Below are positions 18,553 to 29,355 of a DNA stretch of 64,000 nucleotides, one piece after another. Origin of the DNA: Spirochaetia bacterium (GTDB lineage Bacteria; Spirochaetota; Spirochaetia; UBA9216); the NCBI GenBank assembly GCA_965140585.1, contig OZ223270.1:192001-256000 (forward strand), in the 5' to 3' direction. The notes below the pieces were generated by a model that saw only the letters and a program-made list of their open reading frames with translations, did not search any database and was not told where the DNA came from. How positions within the stretch are numbered: the stretch's first letter is position 1; the number at the start of each line of letters is the position of its first letter. The translations under genes were made by a program, and so were the position numbers.

Positions 18553-18658
18553 TTATCTCCTTTCCAGTCGGGAGGCATTGCTGTTTCCGGCAACACCCTG
18601 TCGGTCAGGACTCCATGTGAGATGAGACTTCATTTAGGAGCGCAGGACTCGAAGATTT
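18553..18658 (-). ncRNA. Moco RNA motif (molybdenum/tungsten cofactor riboswitch), apparently lacking P3
   Basis: Minus strand AUCUUCGAGUC...CUCCUAAAUG...CAUGGAG...GACCGACAGGGUGUUGCCGGAAACAGCAAUGCCUCCCGACUGGAAAGGAGAU. P1 AUCUUC/GGAGAU covers the SD; CCUAA/AUGG tetraloop receptor; GAAA-capped P4; the GCCUCCCG...GGAAAGG tail matches my recollection of the moaA leader. Confidence 0.82.
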
Positions 18659-18753
18659 GCTATAAATTTATTGGATTTGCATGCATCCGGTCAACACAGA
18701 AATCGGAGAGATAGCGAGAAATCATATTTTTATCAGGAAAACAGGATATTATG

Positions 18754-19474
18754 CTAGGGTGTATATTTATAAAGCTGCCCAGGAGTTACACCGAAACCTG
18801 CCCATTCCCTTACAAAATATGCCGCTCCATCACAGACAATGAACTGACTGTTTCGATAATCCATTCCGTAACCCTCGGGAAAAGAAGCTTTTACTGACCA
18901 TTCTGTGTTCCCGGGAGTCCAGGCATAAAGCTTCTGATTTTCATCCAGAACATATCCGGTTCCATCAATAGAAAAAACCTCGACCGCACCACCCGGCATC
19001 ATCAGGGAGATTAGGAATTGAAACCCATCCGTTTGTTGCAGGATCATACTCGGCGAACTCATGCCAGGATTCAGTTTCTATATCATCGTCCCAGGCTTCA
19101 CCTTTTACTGCAGGATAGTGCCCCCCTCCAGTGTATATCTTATCGCCTATAGCAAAAAAAGCCGGGTCTCTGTAATTTGACAATGCATCTACAGTCATGG
19201 TTTCTTCCAGGGTTTTGTATATCCACATATCTATAAGCGGATCACTTTCATTCTCACCAAGACCGTAATAAATCTCATCTCCATTAACAAAAAGTACAGC
19301 ACTTGAACGTTTAGAGCCGGGGAATGTTGTTTTCTGTTCCCAGAAATCATGATCCAGAGGGTTATCACGATCCACAGAAACGATCACATCGTTTACTGCA
19401 GAAGGATCGAAAAAGTCACAGGAAACAAAAACCATTGCAAGAATTCCGGCAGCAAAGAATATTTTATTTTTCAT
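18754..19474 (-). pseudogene. Kelch-repeat lipoprotein, frameshifted near 18990
   Basis: MKNKIFF...FVSC lipobox (ATG 19474); Kelch motifs 'FPGSKRS', 'IGDKIYTGGG', 'EYDPATNGW'; continues in a second frame as 'GAVEVFSIDGTGYV'. Confidence 0.7.
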
Positions 19475-20160
19475 CAAGAGCCTCCTGCAGACGTACAATT
19501 TCATTCTCCATACGCGATTCACGCGACGCGAGCCCCCAGGTTATTCCTGTAACAACAGCGGCAGGTATCGCAACATGTAGTGAAATATCCCTTACCGTCC
19601 TCATTAAACGGATATTATCTTCAGCCTCGGTAATCTGCGCTCCAAGGCTTTCAACTTCAGCATCATCAGTTGAAGCGGAATACTCCTGATCAAGAGTTTC
19701 CAGCGCATCGGCTGCAACGTCAAGCTCGCCGCGGTAAAACCATCCGGAGCCGTAACATACAGCTCTCCGGAACTGAAAAGAGAAATTCCGGTATCAGGAT
19801 TGTAATCAAGCCCGGCAAGCCTGTAGGCAACCTCAAAAACCTTATCCTGCATTTCATTTAGGGATTCAAAGGTTATGGCCTCGGCACTGATAGTCCTGCT
19901 GGAACCAACGTCAATCAGTCTTATCGCCAGATTGTAGATAGTCCCAATTGAAGACAGTTCTCCTAAAACAATATTTTCAGCGGCCAGAAGCTTTCCAACT
20001 TCAATTGCGCATGAATCATCAGTACAGCCGGACAATGAAAAAGCCTGAGCCTCAAGAATAGCTTTCATATCGTTATAACTCAGGACAGTAAAAAGATCCG
20101 TCTTAAACAGAGCCGTCTCCACAATACTGCGGCAGGCTGTTGCATCAGCTTTGAAGATAT
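19464..20160 (-). pseudogene. Decayed CsgG/DUF2380-like surface protein gene
   Basis: 'ILEAQAFSLSGCTDDSCAIEVGKLL' domain with no start or signal peptide (in-frame TAA just upstream). Frame breaks after 'APDGFT' into 'ELDVAADALETLDQEY...' and again into 'MENEIVRLQEALDEK*'. Confidence 0.65.
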
Positions 20161-20266
20161 AACCAGTTTATTGGAGCTCCCCGCACTTGTCCAGAATTTA
20201 TTTTCTTGATGATTAAAAAGACGGTCTGTCAGGAACCGTGGTAGAATATACCATCAGGAGGCTGAT

Positions 20267-21454
20267 ATGAGCAGGAAGATCTTTGATTATTACAGAGAGG
20301 AGGCCGGGGCTCTGAAGGCCGGAGGCCTGTACAAACAGGAACGCACTATCTGTTCTCCCCAGCAGGCTGAGATTACCCTTGAAGACGGCCGGAAGGTAAT
20401 CAATTTCTGCGCCAATAACTACCTGGGACTTTCAGACAGCCCGGAACTGATAGCAGCGGCCAAAGAGGGGCTTGAACAATACGGTTACGGACTGTCATCG
20501 GTAAGGTTTATCTGCGGCACACAGTCTATTCATCTGGAACTTGAAAAACAGTTAAGCAGCTTTCTCGGAACCCAAAGCACAATACTCTACTCATCCTGCT
20601 TCGATGCTAACGGCGGACTCTTTGAAACAATTCTCGGGGAAGAGGATGTAATCATCTCGGACGCTTTAAACCATGCCAGCATCATTGACGGAGTCAGGCT
20701 TTCAAAGGCGCGGAGAATGCGCTATGCCAATAACAATATGGCAGAGCTTGAAAACTGCCTTAAAGAAGCCGCCGCCTGCCGCTTCCGACTCATAGCCACC
20801 GACGGGGTATTTTCAATGGACGGTATAATTGCCGATCTTGCCGGAATCTGCGAACTTGCTGACCGCTATGATGCCATAGTCATGGTCGATGATTCTCATG
20901 CTGTAGGATTTATCGGTGAGAACGGTACCGGAACGCCTGAATACTGCGGCGTCCGGGACCGCATTGATATAGTAACCGGAACACTTGGAAAGGCTCTGGG
21001 CGGTGCTTCCGGCGGTTATACTTCAGGGCGCAAAGAAATTATTGACTGGCTGCGTCAGCGCTCGCGCCCATATCTTTTCTCAAATTCACTGGCACCGGTT
21101 ATGGCATATACAGCACTAAAAACCCTGGAGATTCTGAGCGGAAGCGGTGAACTCCGTACCGCCCTTAATGACAATACGAAAATATTCCGTGAAGGCCTGA
21201 AATCAGCCGGATTTACAATAGTGGAAGGTGTACACCCGATTGTTCCGTTGATGCTTTACGATGCCCCGCTTGCCGTCAAAATGGCGAACCTTCTGCTTGA
21301 ACGCGGGATCTATGCAGTGGGTTTCAGCTACCCGGTAGTACCTGAAGGCCAGGCAAGGATTCGTTTTCAGATGTCGGCGGCACACAACACAGACCAGGTA
21401 CAGAAGGCGGTAGAAACCATTACTGCCGCCGGAAAAGAACTGGGAGTCATTTAG
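20267..21454 (+). CDS. kbl: Glycine C-acetyltransferase (2-amino-3-ketobutyrate CoA ligase)
   Basis: [49 protein letters not shown]. Confidence 0.96.
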   Translation: MSRKIFDYYREEAGALKAGGLYKQERTICSPQQAEITLEDGRKVINFCANNYLGLSDSPELIAAAKEGLEQYGYGLSSVRFICGTQSIHLELEKQLSSFLGTQSTILYSSCFDANGGLFETILGEEDVIISDALNHASIIDGVRLSKARRMRYANNNMAELENCLKEAAACRFRLIATDGVFSMDGIIADLAGICELADRYDAIVMVDDSHAVGFIGENGTGTPEYCGVRDRIDIVTGTLGKALGGASGGYTSGRKEIIDWLRQRSRPYLFSNSLAPVMAYTALKTLEILSGSGELRTALNDNTKIFREGLKSAGFTIVEGVHPIVPLMLYDAPLAVKMANLLLERGIYAVGFSYPVVPEGQARIRFQMSAAHNTDQVQKAVETITAAGKELGVI

Positions 21455-21456
21455 CC

Positions 21457-22482
21457 ATGAAAGCGCTGGCAAAGACAAAATCAGAACCAGGTCTGTGGAT
21501 GATAGATTCACCTGTTCCGGAATACGGGCCTAACGATCTGCTGATACAGATAAAGAGTACCGCTATCTGCGGTACTGATGTCCATATCTACAACTGGGAT
21601 GAGTGGTCTGCAAAGACAATTCCTGTACCGATGATTACCGGCCATGAGTTTGTCGGAGTCGTTGAAAAGATCGGTAGCGAAGTCGACGGATTTCATATCG
21701 GCGACAGGGTTACCGGAGAGGGGCATATTACCTGCGGCCACTGTCGAAACTGCCGGGCAGGTAAACGTCATCTCTGCCGAAATACAAGTGGTATCGGGGT
21801 TAACCGGACCGGCTGCTTTGCAGAGTATCTGGTTCTACCGGCATACAACTCATTTAAGCTTGATGATTACATCCCCGACCGGATCGCAGCCATCTTTGAT
21901 CCCCTTGGAAACGCGGTTCATACCGCGCTCGCATATGATTTAGTCGGAGAAGATGTTCTAATCACCGGAGCAGGCCCGATCGGAATAATGGCTGCTGCCG
22001 TTGCACGGCACGCCGGAGCCCGCTATATTATCATCACAGACGTTAACGACTACCGCCTGCAGCTTGCCCGGGATTTCGGCGTCACAAAAACTGTTAATAC
22101 CACCAGGGAAAACCTTCCGGATGTAATGAGTGAACTTCACATGCTTGAAGGCTTTGATGTCGGGCTTGAGATGTCCGGAAACACGGCAGCACAACGCCAG
22201 ATGTTTTCTCTTATGAATAACGGGGGGCGCGTGGCAATGCTCGGACTGCCTTCCGGCCAAAGTGAAATAGACTGGAGTGAAATAATATTCAAGGGACTCA
22301 CCCTAAAGGGCATCTACGGCCGCGAGATGTTTGAGACCTGGTACAAGATGGCGGCGATGGTCAGAACCGGCCTTGAGATTGCCCCGATAATCACTCACGA
22401 ACTGCCGGTAGATAATTTTCTGGAAGGATTCGAGATCATGCGCACAGGCCGGGCCGGCAAGGTTCTGCTTCACTGGGACTGA
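21457..22482 (+). CDS. tdh: L-threonine 3-dehydrogenase
   Basis: [49 protein letters not shown]. Confidence 0.96.
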   Translation: MKALAKTKSEPGLWMIDSPVPEYGPNDLLIQIKSTAICGTDVHIYNWDEWSAKTIPVPMITGHEFVGVVEKIGSEVDGFHIGDRVTGEGHITCGHCRNCRAGKRHLCRNTSGIGVNRTGCFAEYLVLPAYNSFKLDDYIPDRIAAIFDPLGNAVHTALAYDLVGEDVLITGAGPIGIMAAAVARHAGARYIIITDVNDYRLQLARDFGVTKTVNTTRENLPDVMSELHMLEGFDVGLEMSGNTAAQRQMFSLMNNGGRVAMLGLPSGQSEIDWSEIIFKGLTLKGIYGREMFETWYKMAAMVRTGLEIAPIITHELPVDNFLEGFEIMRTGRAGKVLLHWD

Positions 22483-22533
22483 ATTAACAAAAAAAAACTG
22501 CCGACTTTTACATCTGGCAGCCTGTCTGAAACT

Positions 22534-22992
22534 CTATCCTTCCAGCTTTCTGAATACAACCATCTCGGATTTAAAGAATCCGTTTTTAAGATAAAAACTC
22601 TGCGATTCCGCATTTGTGTCATCTGTAAGGAGGGTCAGCCTCCCTATATCAAATTCAAGAAGATTGCGCTCCACCGCCCTGATCAGCTCAGAGGCGATTC
22701 TTTTCCTTCGGTAGTCCGGATGAATTACAAGGTCTTCAAGAATTGCAACTCTCTTTCCAAGGGCTGTTGATACTGTAAAAAGGATATTAACCATTCCAAC
22801 AATCTGGTTCTGGTGTACCGCTTTCAGAATAAATCCTGTATCCGGATCTTCAATTATCATTCCAAGGCCCCGCATCTGGGCATCCTTGTCAGGTGTGAAC
22901 TCAGCTTCCATACTGAAGAGTATATTTAAAAGGCTGCTCAATTCTTCAACGTCGTTCAGATCTGCTCTGTTTATTTCTACGTCCCTAATCAT
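22534..22992 (-). CDS. GNAT-family acetyltransferase
   Basis: 'LEDLVIHPDYRRKRIAS.L', 'N...FYLKNGF'. Confidence 0.88.
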   Translation of the reverse strand: MIRDVEINRADLNDVEELSSLLNILFSMEAEFTPDKDAQMRGLGMIIEDPDTGFILKAVHQNQIVGMVNILFTVSTALGKRVAILEDLVIHPDYRRKRIASELIRAVERNLLEFDIGRLTLLTDDTNAESQSFYLKNGFFKSEMVVFRKLEG

Positions 22993-23010
22993 TATTAATT
23001 CATAACAAAA

Positions 23011-23942
23011 TCAGCTAAGGCTGTAAACCTTAGCCGCATTTTCTGCATACATTTTTTTAAGTTCTTCAGGATTAAATTCTCCACAGTCTTTTAAATAGTC
23101 GATAAGAGAGGAATAACTGTTCCCAACAGCTACAGAAGGCAGATCACTTCCCCATATCAGCCTGTCAGCTCCACAATGTCTCTTGCTGCTGTTATGTATT
23201 TCACCGCTGACGGGAAGGGGTAATCTTCCGGCATTATACTTGCCGGGATTGAAGCGGCGGTAAAATATATGTTTGGTACTGATTTCAGTTTCTCAAGCTC
23301 AGAAGCAAGATCTGCATAATGCTCACGTCCGGGAAAAAACAAGTGCTCAATCACAAATGTAATGCCCTGATATTTTTCCGCTATATTTTTCAGCTGATCA
23401 GTCTGCATACTCGGCTCACCAAAGGTGCCCATATCAAGACTGATTACAAGCCTTTTAGAATCAGCAGCTATCCAGACCTTATCCATTTTTTCAGAATCAA
23501 GTTCAAAATCAGGATGGTATCCCATAAAACCGAAGCCCCGGCTCATTTCAAACTTAAAACCTTTAAAACCATTCCATGAAAGGATTTTTTCCAGGACTTC
23601 TTCAGATTCATAGATGTAGGGATCAAAAGTTCCCATTGCAGACAACCTGTCAGGAAATTTTTCAACAGCCTCTCTGGTATAATCGTTACAGAACCCGTAG
23701 TAAGACCCCTGCATAAGGACAGCTTTAGAAACATGGTGAGAATCAAGCAATTCAATAAGCCTTTCAGGAGTAAAAGATCTATCCCCGTAACCATCAGGAA
23801 GAATTCGAACTTCAGTACCATCAATCCATCTGGCCATGCCGCCGCCGATTCCGCGGAGTTCACCCTTTCTGCCATAGCCGGCAATATTTTCTATCACATG
23901 TACATGCGCATCAATTACTCTGTAGTTTCCTCTCATCATCAA
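23011..23942 (-). pseudogene. Amidohydrolase_2-family (lactonase-like) gene with a 1-nt frameshift near 23170
   Basis: DAHVH N-motif. The ORF stops at 23157, but the shifted frame continues 'ADRLIWGSDLPSVAVG...YAENAAKVYSLS*' to 23011 and carries the conserved WGSD.P. Confidence 0.8.
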
Positions 23943-25561
23943 TCCTCCAAAGCTCTTGAGATCAGACGGCTAAATATTGTCCTTCTAACAGCGCCAGCAC
24001 CAGAATTCATTTCATTAAACAGCTTCTGAACAAGCTCTCCAATTCCCGCCTCATACAGGTCAATACCGAATATAGTCTCATTTGACAAAATCGGGCGGAG
24101 ATCCGGAAATCCATCATCTGTCCCGGAACCATGAAGTATTGCAAGCAGATAATCCTTCTGAGGATCAACGCTTATCTCCAGAGGCTCTCCCTGATCATCA
24201 GTACCCATAAGGTATCTCAGCCATGCTGCAATAGCAAGCGGAATCCCGATCAGTACCTCTGCTGCACGGCCCTCCCGGTGATAGGCCTTGATTGTTTCAC
24301 CGAAGCGGATACCGACTTTTAGCGATGTATCAGAGGCGATTCTTGCCGGGCTGTCGGGGATATATGGGTTTCTGAGGCGTCTGAAATAGACCTCATCAAG
24401 AAAATCTTTTGCACTGATAATTCCAGGATCGATTACAACCGGCAGACCTTCATCGTAACCGATACGCTTGATCAGCCTGTCAATTTCTGCATCCTTTACA
24501 GCTTCTGAGACCAGGGTATAGTTAAACAGACAGCCAGTCACAGCAATTGCCGTATGCAGAGGGTTTAGACAGGTTGTAACTTTCATGGTCTCTATGCGAT
24601 TAACAGTTTCCCTGTCGGTAAACCACATACCCTCTGTGTCGCCCAGTTCAATTCTACCGTTTGGAAATAAATCCTCAATAAACAGATATTTCGTTTCCTC
24701 AGAATTAACAAAGGGGGCTATATAAGTATTTCTTGATGTTATAACCGGGGACATTCCACTTATTCCTGAAAGCTCCAGATCATCTTTAATATCATCTGAA
24801 GGCCTTGGAGTGATGCGGTCGATCATTGACCAGGGGAATGACACAAGCTCCGGACTTTTCAGGTATTCAATAAATTCCTGATTTACAAAGTCGCGGATTT
24901 TCCACTCTTCGGCAACCTGGAGTACAGTATTCATAAGCTTCTCACCGTTATGAGAGCAGTTATCCATGCTGACAAGAGCGACAGGCAGAGCCCCGCTTTT
25001 AAAGCGGTGAAACATAAGAGATGTGAGAATGCACATAAGATGCGAGGGCTTTTCAGGACCATCGTCAAGATCCTTTAAAACCAGAGGCATCAGCAGCCCG
25101 TCTGTCCCGTTAATTGTATAGCCCTTTTCTGTAACAGTAAAACTAACCATTTTAAGTGAGGGTGCCCCGAATACCGATTTCAGTCTACCGGTATCAGCTC
25201 CCGGGGCCATATCGCCTATCAAGGCTTCGGCCACTGATGCGAAAATTTCCTTCTTAAGTGTCCCGTCAGCAGATGCGGAAACATTAAGCGTCAGATTGTC
25301 AAAAGGCTTATAGATCTTATCAATTATCTCGTAGTCAAATGTTTCGACAGCAATAATACCTGTATCCGCCTTACCTGTCTCCAGTAAGTGCTGATGATTG
25401 GCGGCGATAAAGCCGCGGAATATATTTCCCGCGCCGAAGTGAACCCATTCAGGATTAAGGGAAGTTCTTTCTTTCATTGCCTGAATATCGAAGGCAGGTG
25501 TTTTGACACCGGCGGAGCCCCATTCGGAATTATTGAGAGTTTCAAGCTTAAGTTCAGGCAT
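23939..25561 (-). CDS. uxuB: Mannitol-dehydrogenase-family D-mannonate oxidoreductase (fructuronate reductase)
   Basis: HFGAGNIFRG, SFTVTEKGY, SMDNCSHNG, MIDRITP, KVTTCLNPLHT; adjacent to uxuA. Confidence 0.85.
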   Translation of the reverse strand: MPELKLETLNNSEWGSAGVKTPAFDIQAMKERTSLNPEWVHFGAGNIFRGFIAANHQHLLETGKADTGIIAVETFDYEIIDKIYKPFDNLTLNVSASADGTLKKEIFASVAEALIGDMAPGADTGRLKSVFGAPSLKMVSFTVTEKGYTINGTDGLLMPLVLKDLDDGPEKPSHLMCILTSLMFHRFKSGALPVALVSMDNCSHNGEKLMNTVLQVAEEWKIRDFVNQEFIEYLKSPELVSFPWSMIDRITPRPSDDIKDDLELSGISGMSPVITSRNTYIAPFVNSEETKYLFIEDLFPNGRIELGDTEGMWFTDRETVNRIETMKVTTCLNPLHTAIAVTGCLFNYTLVSEAVKDAEIDRLIKRIGYDEGLPVVIDPGIISAKDFLDEVYFRRLRNPYIPDSPARIASDTSLKVGIRFGETIKAYHREGRAAEVLIGIPLAIAAWLRYLMGTDDQGEPLEISVDPQKDYLLAILHGSGTDDGFPDLRPILSNETIFGIDLYEAGIGELVQKLFNEMNSGAGAVRRTIFSRLISRALED

Positions 25562-25563
25562 TT

Positions 25564-26634
25564 CTATTCTCCGCAGTTTCCGTAGGCATCAATCAACCCG
25601 TTAAGATACATAACCCCTAGAGCCCTGTCATAAAGACCGTATCCGGGCCGGCATTCCGACTCCTCACCCCAGATATGCCGTCCATGATCAGGACGGATAT
25701 AGGCACCAGGTGAAACCTCAATCAGTGCTTTTACTATCTCCGCAACATCAAGATTTCCATCGCTGGTCTTATGAGATGATTCAATGAAGTTTCCGCCATC
25801 CAAATATTTAAGATTTCTGACGTGGGCAAAATGAATACGGTCACCGAACCTGCGTATCATTGCAGGAAGATTATTATCCGGATTGGCACCCAGAGATCCG
25901 GTACAGAAGGTCAGGCCGTTATAGGGACTGTCTACCAGCTTCAGAAAGCGATCTATATGATCGGCACTTCGGATAATTCGCGGAAGACCGTACATAGGCC
26001 ACGGTGGATCATCGGGATGGATAGCCATTTTAACATCGTTCTTTTCGCAGGCAGGCATTATTCTTTCAAGAAAGTACTTACAGTTTTCAGTGAGCTTTGC
26101 TTCATCTACATCTTTATAAGCTTCAAACAGTTCACTGATTCCGGCAAGCCTTTCCGGCTCCCAGCCGGGCATTGTAAATTTGTTGCCGTTCTTGAGAATT
26201 TCACCAATCAGCTGCTGCGGATCAACCTCAGCCTTCAGCTTTTCATAAAAGAGTGCGTTCGAACCATCGGAAAGTTCTTTGTAAAGATCCGTTCTTATCC
26301 AGTCAAAAACCGGCATGAAGTTGTAGCAGATTACCTTCACTCCAGCCTTTGAAAGTTTTTCTATAGTATCAATATAGATATCGATATAGCGGTCTTTCTC
26401 CGGAGAGCCTGTTTTAATAGAGTCATGAATGTTTACACTCTCAACTATTTCAGCATTGAACCCGGCGGATTTTATAAAATCCGCCTCGGCACTTATCCGC
26501 TCAGTTTCCCAATGTTCTCCGGCAACCTTGTCGTGAAGGGACCATACTATCCCCTCAACCCCGGGTATTTGTTTTATCTGATCAAGGGTGATGCTGTCAT
26601 TTCCCTGCCCGAACCATCTCCAGGTCATTTTCAT
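25564..26634 (-). CDS. uxuA: Mannonate dehydratase
   Basis: MKMTWRWFG, CYNFMPVFDW.RT, AIHPDDPP, HFAHVRN, RPDHG, PGYGLYDRALG. Confidence 0.96.
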   Translation of the reverse strand: MKMTWRWFGQGNDSITLDQIKQIPGVEGIVWSLHDKVAGEHWETERISAEADFIKSAGFNAEIVESVNIHDSIKTGSPEKDRYIDIYIDTIEKLSKAGVKVICYNFMPVFDWIRTDLYKELSDGSNALFYEKLKAEVDPQQLIGEILKNGNKFTMPGWEPERLAGISELFEAYKDVDEAKLTENCKYFLERIMPACEKNDVKMAIHPDDPPWPMYGLPRIIRSADHIDRFLKLVDSPYNGLTFCTGSLGANPDNNLPAMIRRFGDRIHFAHVRNLKYLDGGNFIESSHKTSDGNLDVAEIVKALIEVSPGAYIRPDHGRHIWGEESECRPGYGLYDRALGVMYLNGLIDAYGNCGE

Positions 26635-27668
26635 TATTTATCTTCCTCTAAATCAAAGCTTAGAATTATTTTTCCGATTTCTTTCTGGTTATTTTCAATA
26701 AGATCAAAGGCTTCCTGCACCTTGTCATAGTCAAAAACATGGGTTATCAGCTTTGTAATTTTTGTTTTTCCCTCATTAAAAACTTTTACGCATTTTTCAA
26801 ACTGGTAGGTCTGAAGTCTTGAGCCGACTACGGTGAGTTCTTTCTTGGTTATGTTCAGCATGGACATCTTTGCATAGGTGTCGGTGAAGCCCAGACAGAC
26901 TATTCTGCCTGCTGTTGAAGCAAGCGTCACAGCCTGCTCAAGTGTAGCAGGAGTTCCGGCGGCATCAATCACGACGTTGCACATCATACCCTCAGAAATT
27001 TTTTGAACCTCTTCCGCAAGATCGGCCTTTTCAGGATTAACTGTGTAATCGGCACCGAACTCTTTTGCAAAATCAAGACGCTTGTCACTGAGATCGGAAA
27101 TTATAACTTTTGCTCCGAGAAGTTTTGCGTTTTCGAGGACTGCAAGACCCGTGGGCCCGGCTCCGATAATCAGAACAAGATCATCCTTCTCCACACCGCC
27201 ACGGAAACATACCTGGGCTCCTATAGTGAAGGGTTCAATCATGACAGCATCTTTCCAGTCCAGACTGTCTGAAAATTTATGAACCTTGTCTTCAAAGGCA
27301 GTGAAATATTCCTGAAAACCGCCGTCCTTGTTTACCCCCCTGACATTCATACTTTCGCATACGTTGGGGCGGCCCTTTCTGCAGGCATAACAATGTCCAC
27401 AGGGTTCAATAGGTTCAAGAACCACGCGATCGCCAGGCTTTACTTTTGCAACACCCTCACCGGTTTTATAAACTTCTCCTACTGCTTCATGTCCGATAAC
27501 ACGGGGATAAAGCGCGAAGGGAGATGTTCCATGGTAAATGTGGATGTCGGAATAGCAGATACCTGCTGCCTTTGTTTTTACAAGAACTTCGCCGGGACCG
27601 GGTTCACCGGGTTCGGGAAGATCCGCAACTATAATTTCCCCAGGTTCAACAACCTGCAATGCTTTCAT
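26634..27668 (-). CDS. Zn-dependent sugar-acid dehydrogenase (L-gulonate 5-dehydrogenase/RspB-like)
   Basis: GICYSD.HIY.G..PFA.YPRVIGHE, CGHCYAC..GRPNVC, EPFTI, KELTVVGSRL. Confidence 0.85.
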   Translation of the reverse strand: MKALQVVEPGEIIVADLPEPGEPGPGEVLVKTKAAGICYSDIHIYHGTSPFALYPRVIGHEAVGEVYKTGEGVAKVKPGDRVVLEPIEPCGHCYACRKGRPNVCESMNVRGVNKDGGFQEYFTAFEDKVHKFSDSLDWKDAVMIEPFTIGAQVCFRGGVEKDDLVLIIGAGPTGLAVLENAKLLGAKVIISDLSDKRLDFAKEFGADYTVNPEKADLAEEVQKISEGMMCNVVIDAAGTPATLEQAVTLASTAGRIVCLGFTDTYAKMSMLNITKKELTVVGSRLQTYQFEKCVKVFNEGKTKITKLITHVFDYDKVQEAFDLIENNQKEIGKIILSFDLEEDK

Positions 27669-27700
27669 TTGTTACTCCTCAAGGGAGCAATGATTTTTCC

Positions 27701-28330
27701 TTAAACGTTTATTCCGTTTACCTTTGACGCAATTTTTCTGGCAGATGTAATATGCCGAATCATCGACATCTCAGCTCCTTCAGCATCCCCGTCCAGCATC
27801 TTTTCGATAATCTCAAGATGTTCCATATTGCTTATATGGAGACGATCAGGAATCTTTGCGCCTAGAACTACTATCCTCATATTATGAGAAAGCACATTAT
27901 CCATCAGCCTTATCAGGTAACTGTTGCCGGTCCTTTCAGCAAAGTACTTGTGCAGCAGATAGTCGTTACGCGTAATAAGGTTAAAATCATCACTTCCGTT
28001 TTTAAAAACTCTGTAAAACTCATTCAGAGTGTCAGTATCAACTTCTGGAGTAGCCAACCGGGCAATCATCGGTTCAACAGTTTCTCTCACAGTATAGATA
28101 TGTGATATCTCCTGTATGGAAATGTTAGAGACAATGACTCCTCTTCTCGGCATTACAACCAGAAGTCCCTCCTGCTCAAGAGCATTCACAGCTTCACGAA
28201 CAGGAGTCCTGCTTACTCCGATTTCCTTCATGAGTTCGTTCTGATCTACGACCGCACCCGGCATTAATTCACATGTGATGATTTTATCTTTAAGTGTCTG
28301 ATATGCTTTCTCTTTAAAGTTAAGCTCCAC
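27701..28330 (-). CDS. GntR/FCD transcriptional regulator
   Basis: 'GVSRTPVREA' HTH; FCD motifs 'LH...GN..L' and 'EH..I'. Confidence 0.92.
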   Translation of the reverse strand: MELNFKEKAYQTLKDKIITCELMPGAVVDQNELMKEIGVSRTPVREAVNALEQEGLLVVMPRRGVIVSNISIQEISHIYTVRETVEPMIARLATPEVDTDTLNEFYRVFKNGSDDFNLITRNDYLLHKYFAERTGNSYLIRLMDNVLSHNMRIVVLGAKIPDRLHISNMEHLEIIEKMLDGDAEGAEMSMIRHITSARKIASKVNGINV

Positions 28331-28404
28331 GTTAAATCCTTATCCTTTATAATGGCTTTTTATCACGATGCGATTATAACACATACTCCGGGCACAGCAT
28401 TAAA

Positions 28405-29355
28405 CTAAATTTTTGCCACCTTTTTTCCTTTTGGAACCGAGGCTACAAGTATTACCATCAGGAGGGTTCCCTGAATGATATTCTGAAATGATGCGGGCAG
28501 CCTTGTAATATTCAAAAGAGTAACAACAAGGGTCAGCATCATAGCACCGCTCACGGCTCCCGCCACACTGGACTTTCCTCCGGAAGCACTTGTTCCTCCT
28601 ATTACAGAGGCGGCGACTGAGGTCATAAGATAAGACAGCCCCATATCCTGGGAGGCTCCTCCAAAATATCCTCCTAATAGAGTTCCAGCCACACCGGCAA
28701 GTACGCTGCTGATTACAAACGCGCCTATAACGGTTCTAACTACATTTACACCTGCAAGGGCGGCCGCTGTGCGGTTCTGGCCGACAGCATGAAGCCGTTT
28801 TCCGTATTTTGTACGATACATCAGCACACCCATTCCAAAGGCAATTACAGCAACAACCAGAATTACCGGTGAAATTCCGAAAATCTTAAGCTTCTGGGTA
28901 AAGAAGGCAATTTGGGGTGCCGGCATTCCTGTGGTCATTGAGGAAATGATGAGAACTGCTGAATAAACGATATATCCCACTGCAAGAGTTGTAATCATCG
29001 CAGGCACTTTCAGGTATAGATTTATCAGACCGATAATCACTCCTATAACTGCACAGACAAGGAGAGTGACAAAGAGTCCCGGTATAACTCCCGCCCTTGT
29101 TATCATCATTGATGAAATATACGCAGCCAGAGCAACAGTATACTGCGAACAGAGATCAATTGCCCCGTTTCCGCTGGTGAGAACCGTAGCCTGACCAAGA
29201 CTCAGGAGGACAAGAAAACTTGCAAGTGTAGCATTAACCAGCAGCATGTTAAGAGAGAAGCTGTTTGTGATAATGCTTATCATAATCCAAAGAACGGCAG
29301 AGCCGATTACTGACCATATCCAGACGTTACTGCTTAACCATTTTTTGATATTCAT
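28405..29355 (-). CDS. Sugar ABC transporter permease (RbsC-like)
   Basis: Multi-TM; 'TKYGKRLHAVGQN..AA.LAGV'; 'VIGGTS..GG'. Confidence 0.92.
   Translation of the reverse strand: MNIKKWLSSNVWIWSVIGSAVLWIMISIITNSFSLNMLLVNATLASFLVLLSLGQATVLTSGNGAIDLCSQYTVALAAYISSMMITRAGVIPGLFVTLLVCAVIGVIIGLINLYLKVPAMITTLAVGYIVYSAVLIISSMTTGMPAPQIAFFTQKLKIFGISPVILVVAVIAFGMGVLMYRTKYGKRLHAVGQNRTAAALAGVNVVRTVIGAFVISSVLAGVAGTLLGGYFGGASQDMGLSYLMTSVAASVIGGTSASGGKSSVAGAVSGAMMLTLVVTLLNITRLPASFQNIIQGTLLMVILVASVPKGKKVAKI

Noticed and set aside
18553-18658. Other riboswitch classes (guanidine/ykkC, TPP, SAM-I, ZTP) for the ALDH leader
   Set aside because: Their conserved cores are not visible; the tetraloop receptor and 3' tail fit the Moco motif
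15815-22482. ackA, ALDH and kbl-tdh as one threonine-fermentation operon
   Set aside because: Different strands, separated by a terminator and pseudogenes; no pta; only a loose metabolic link
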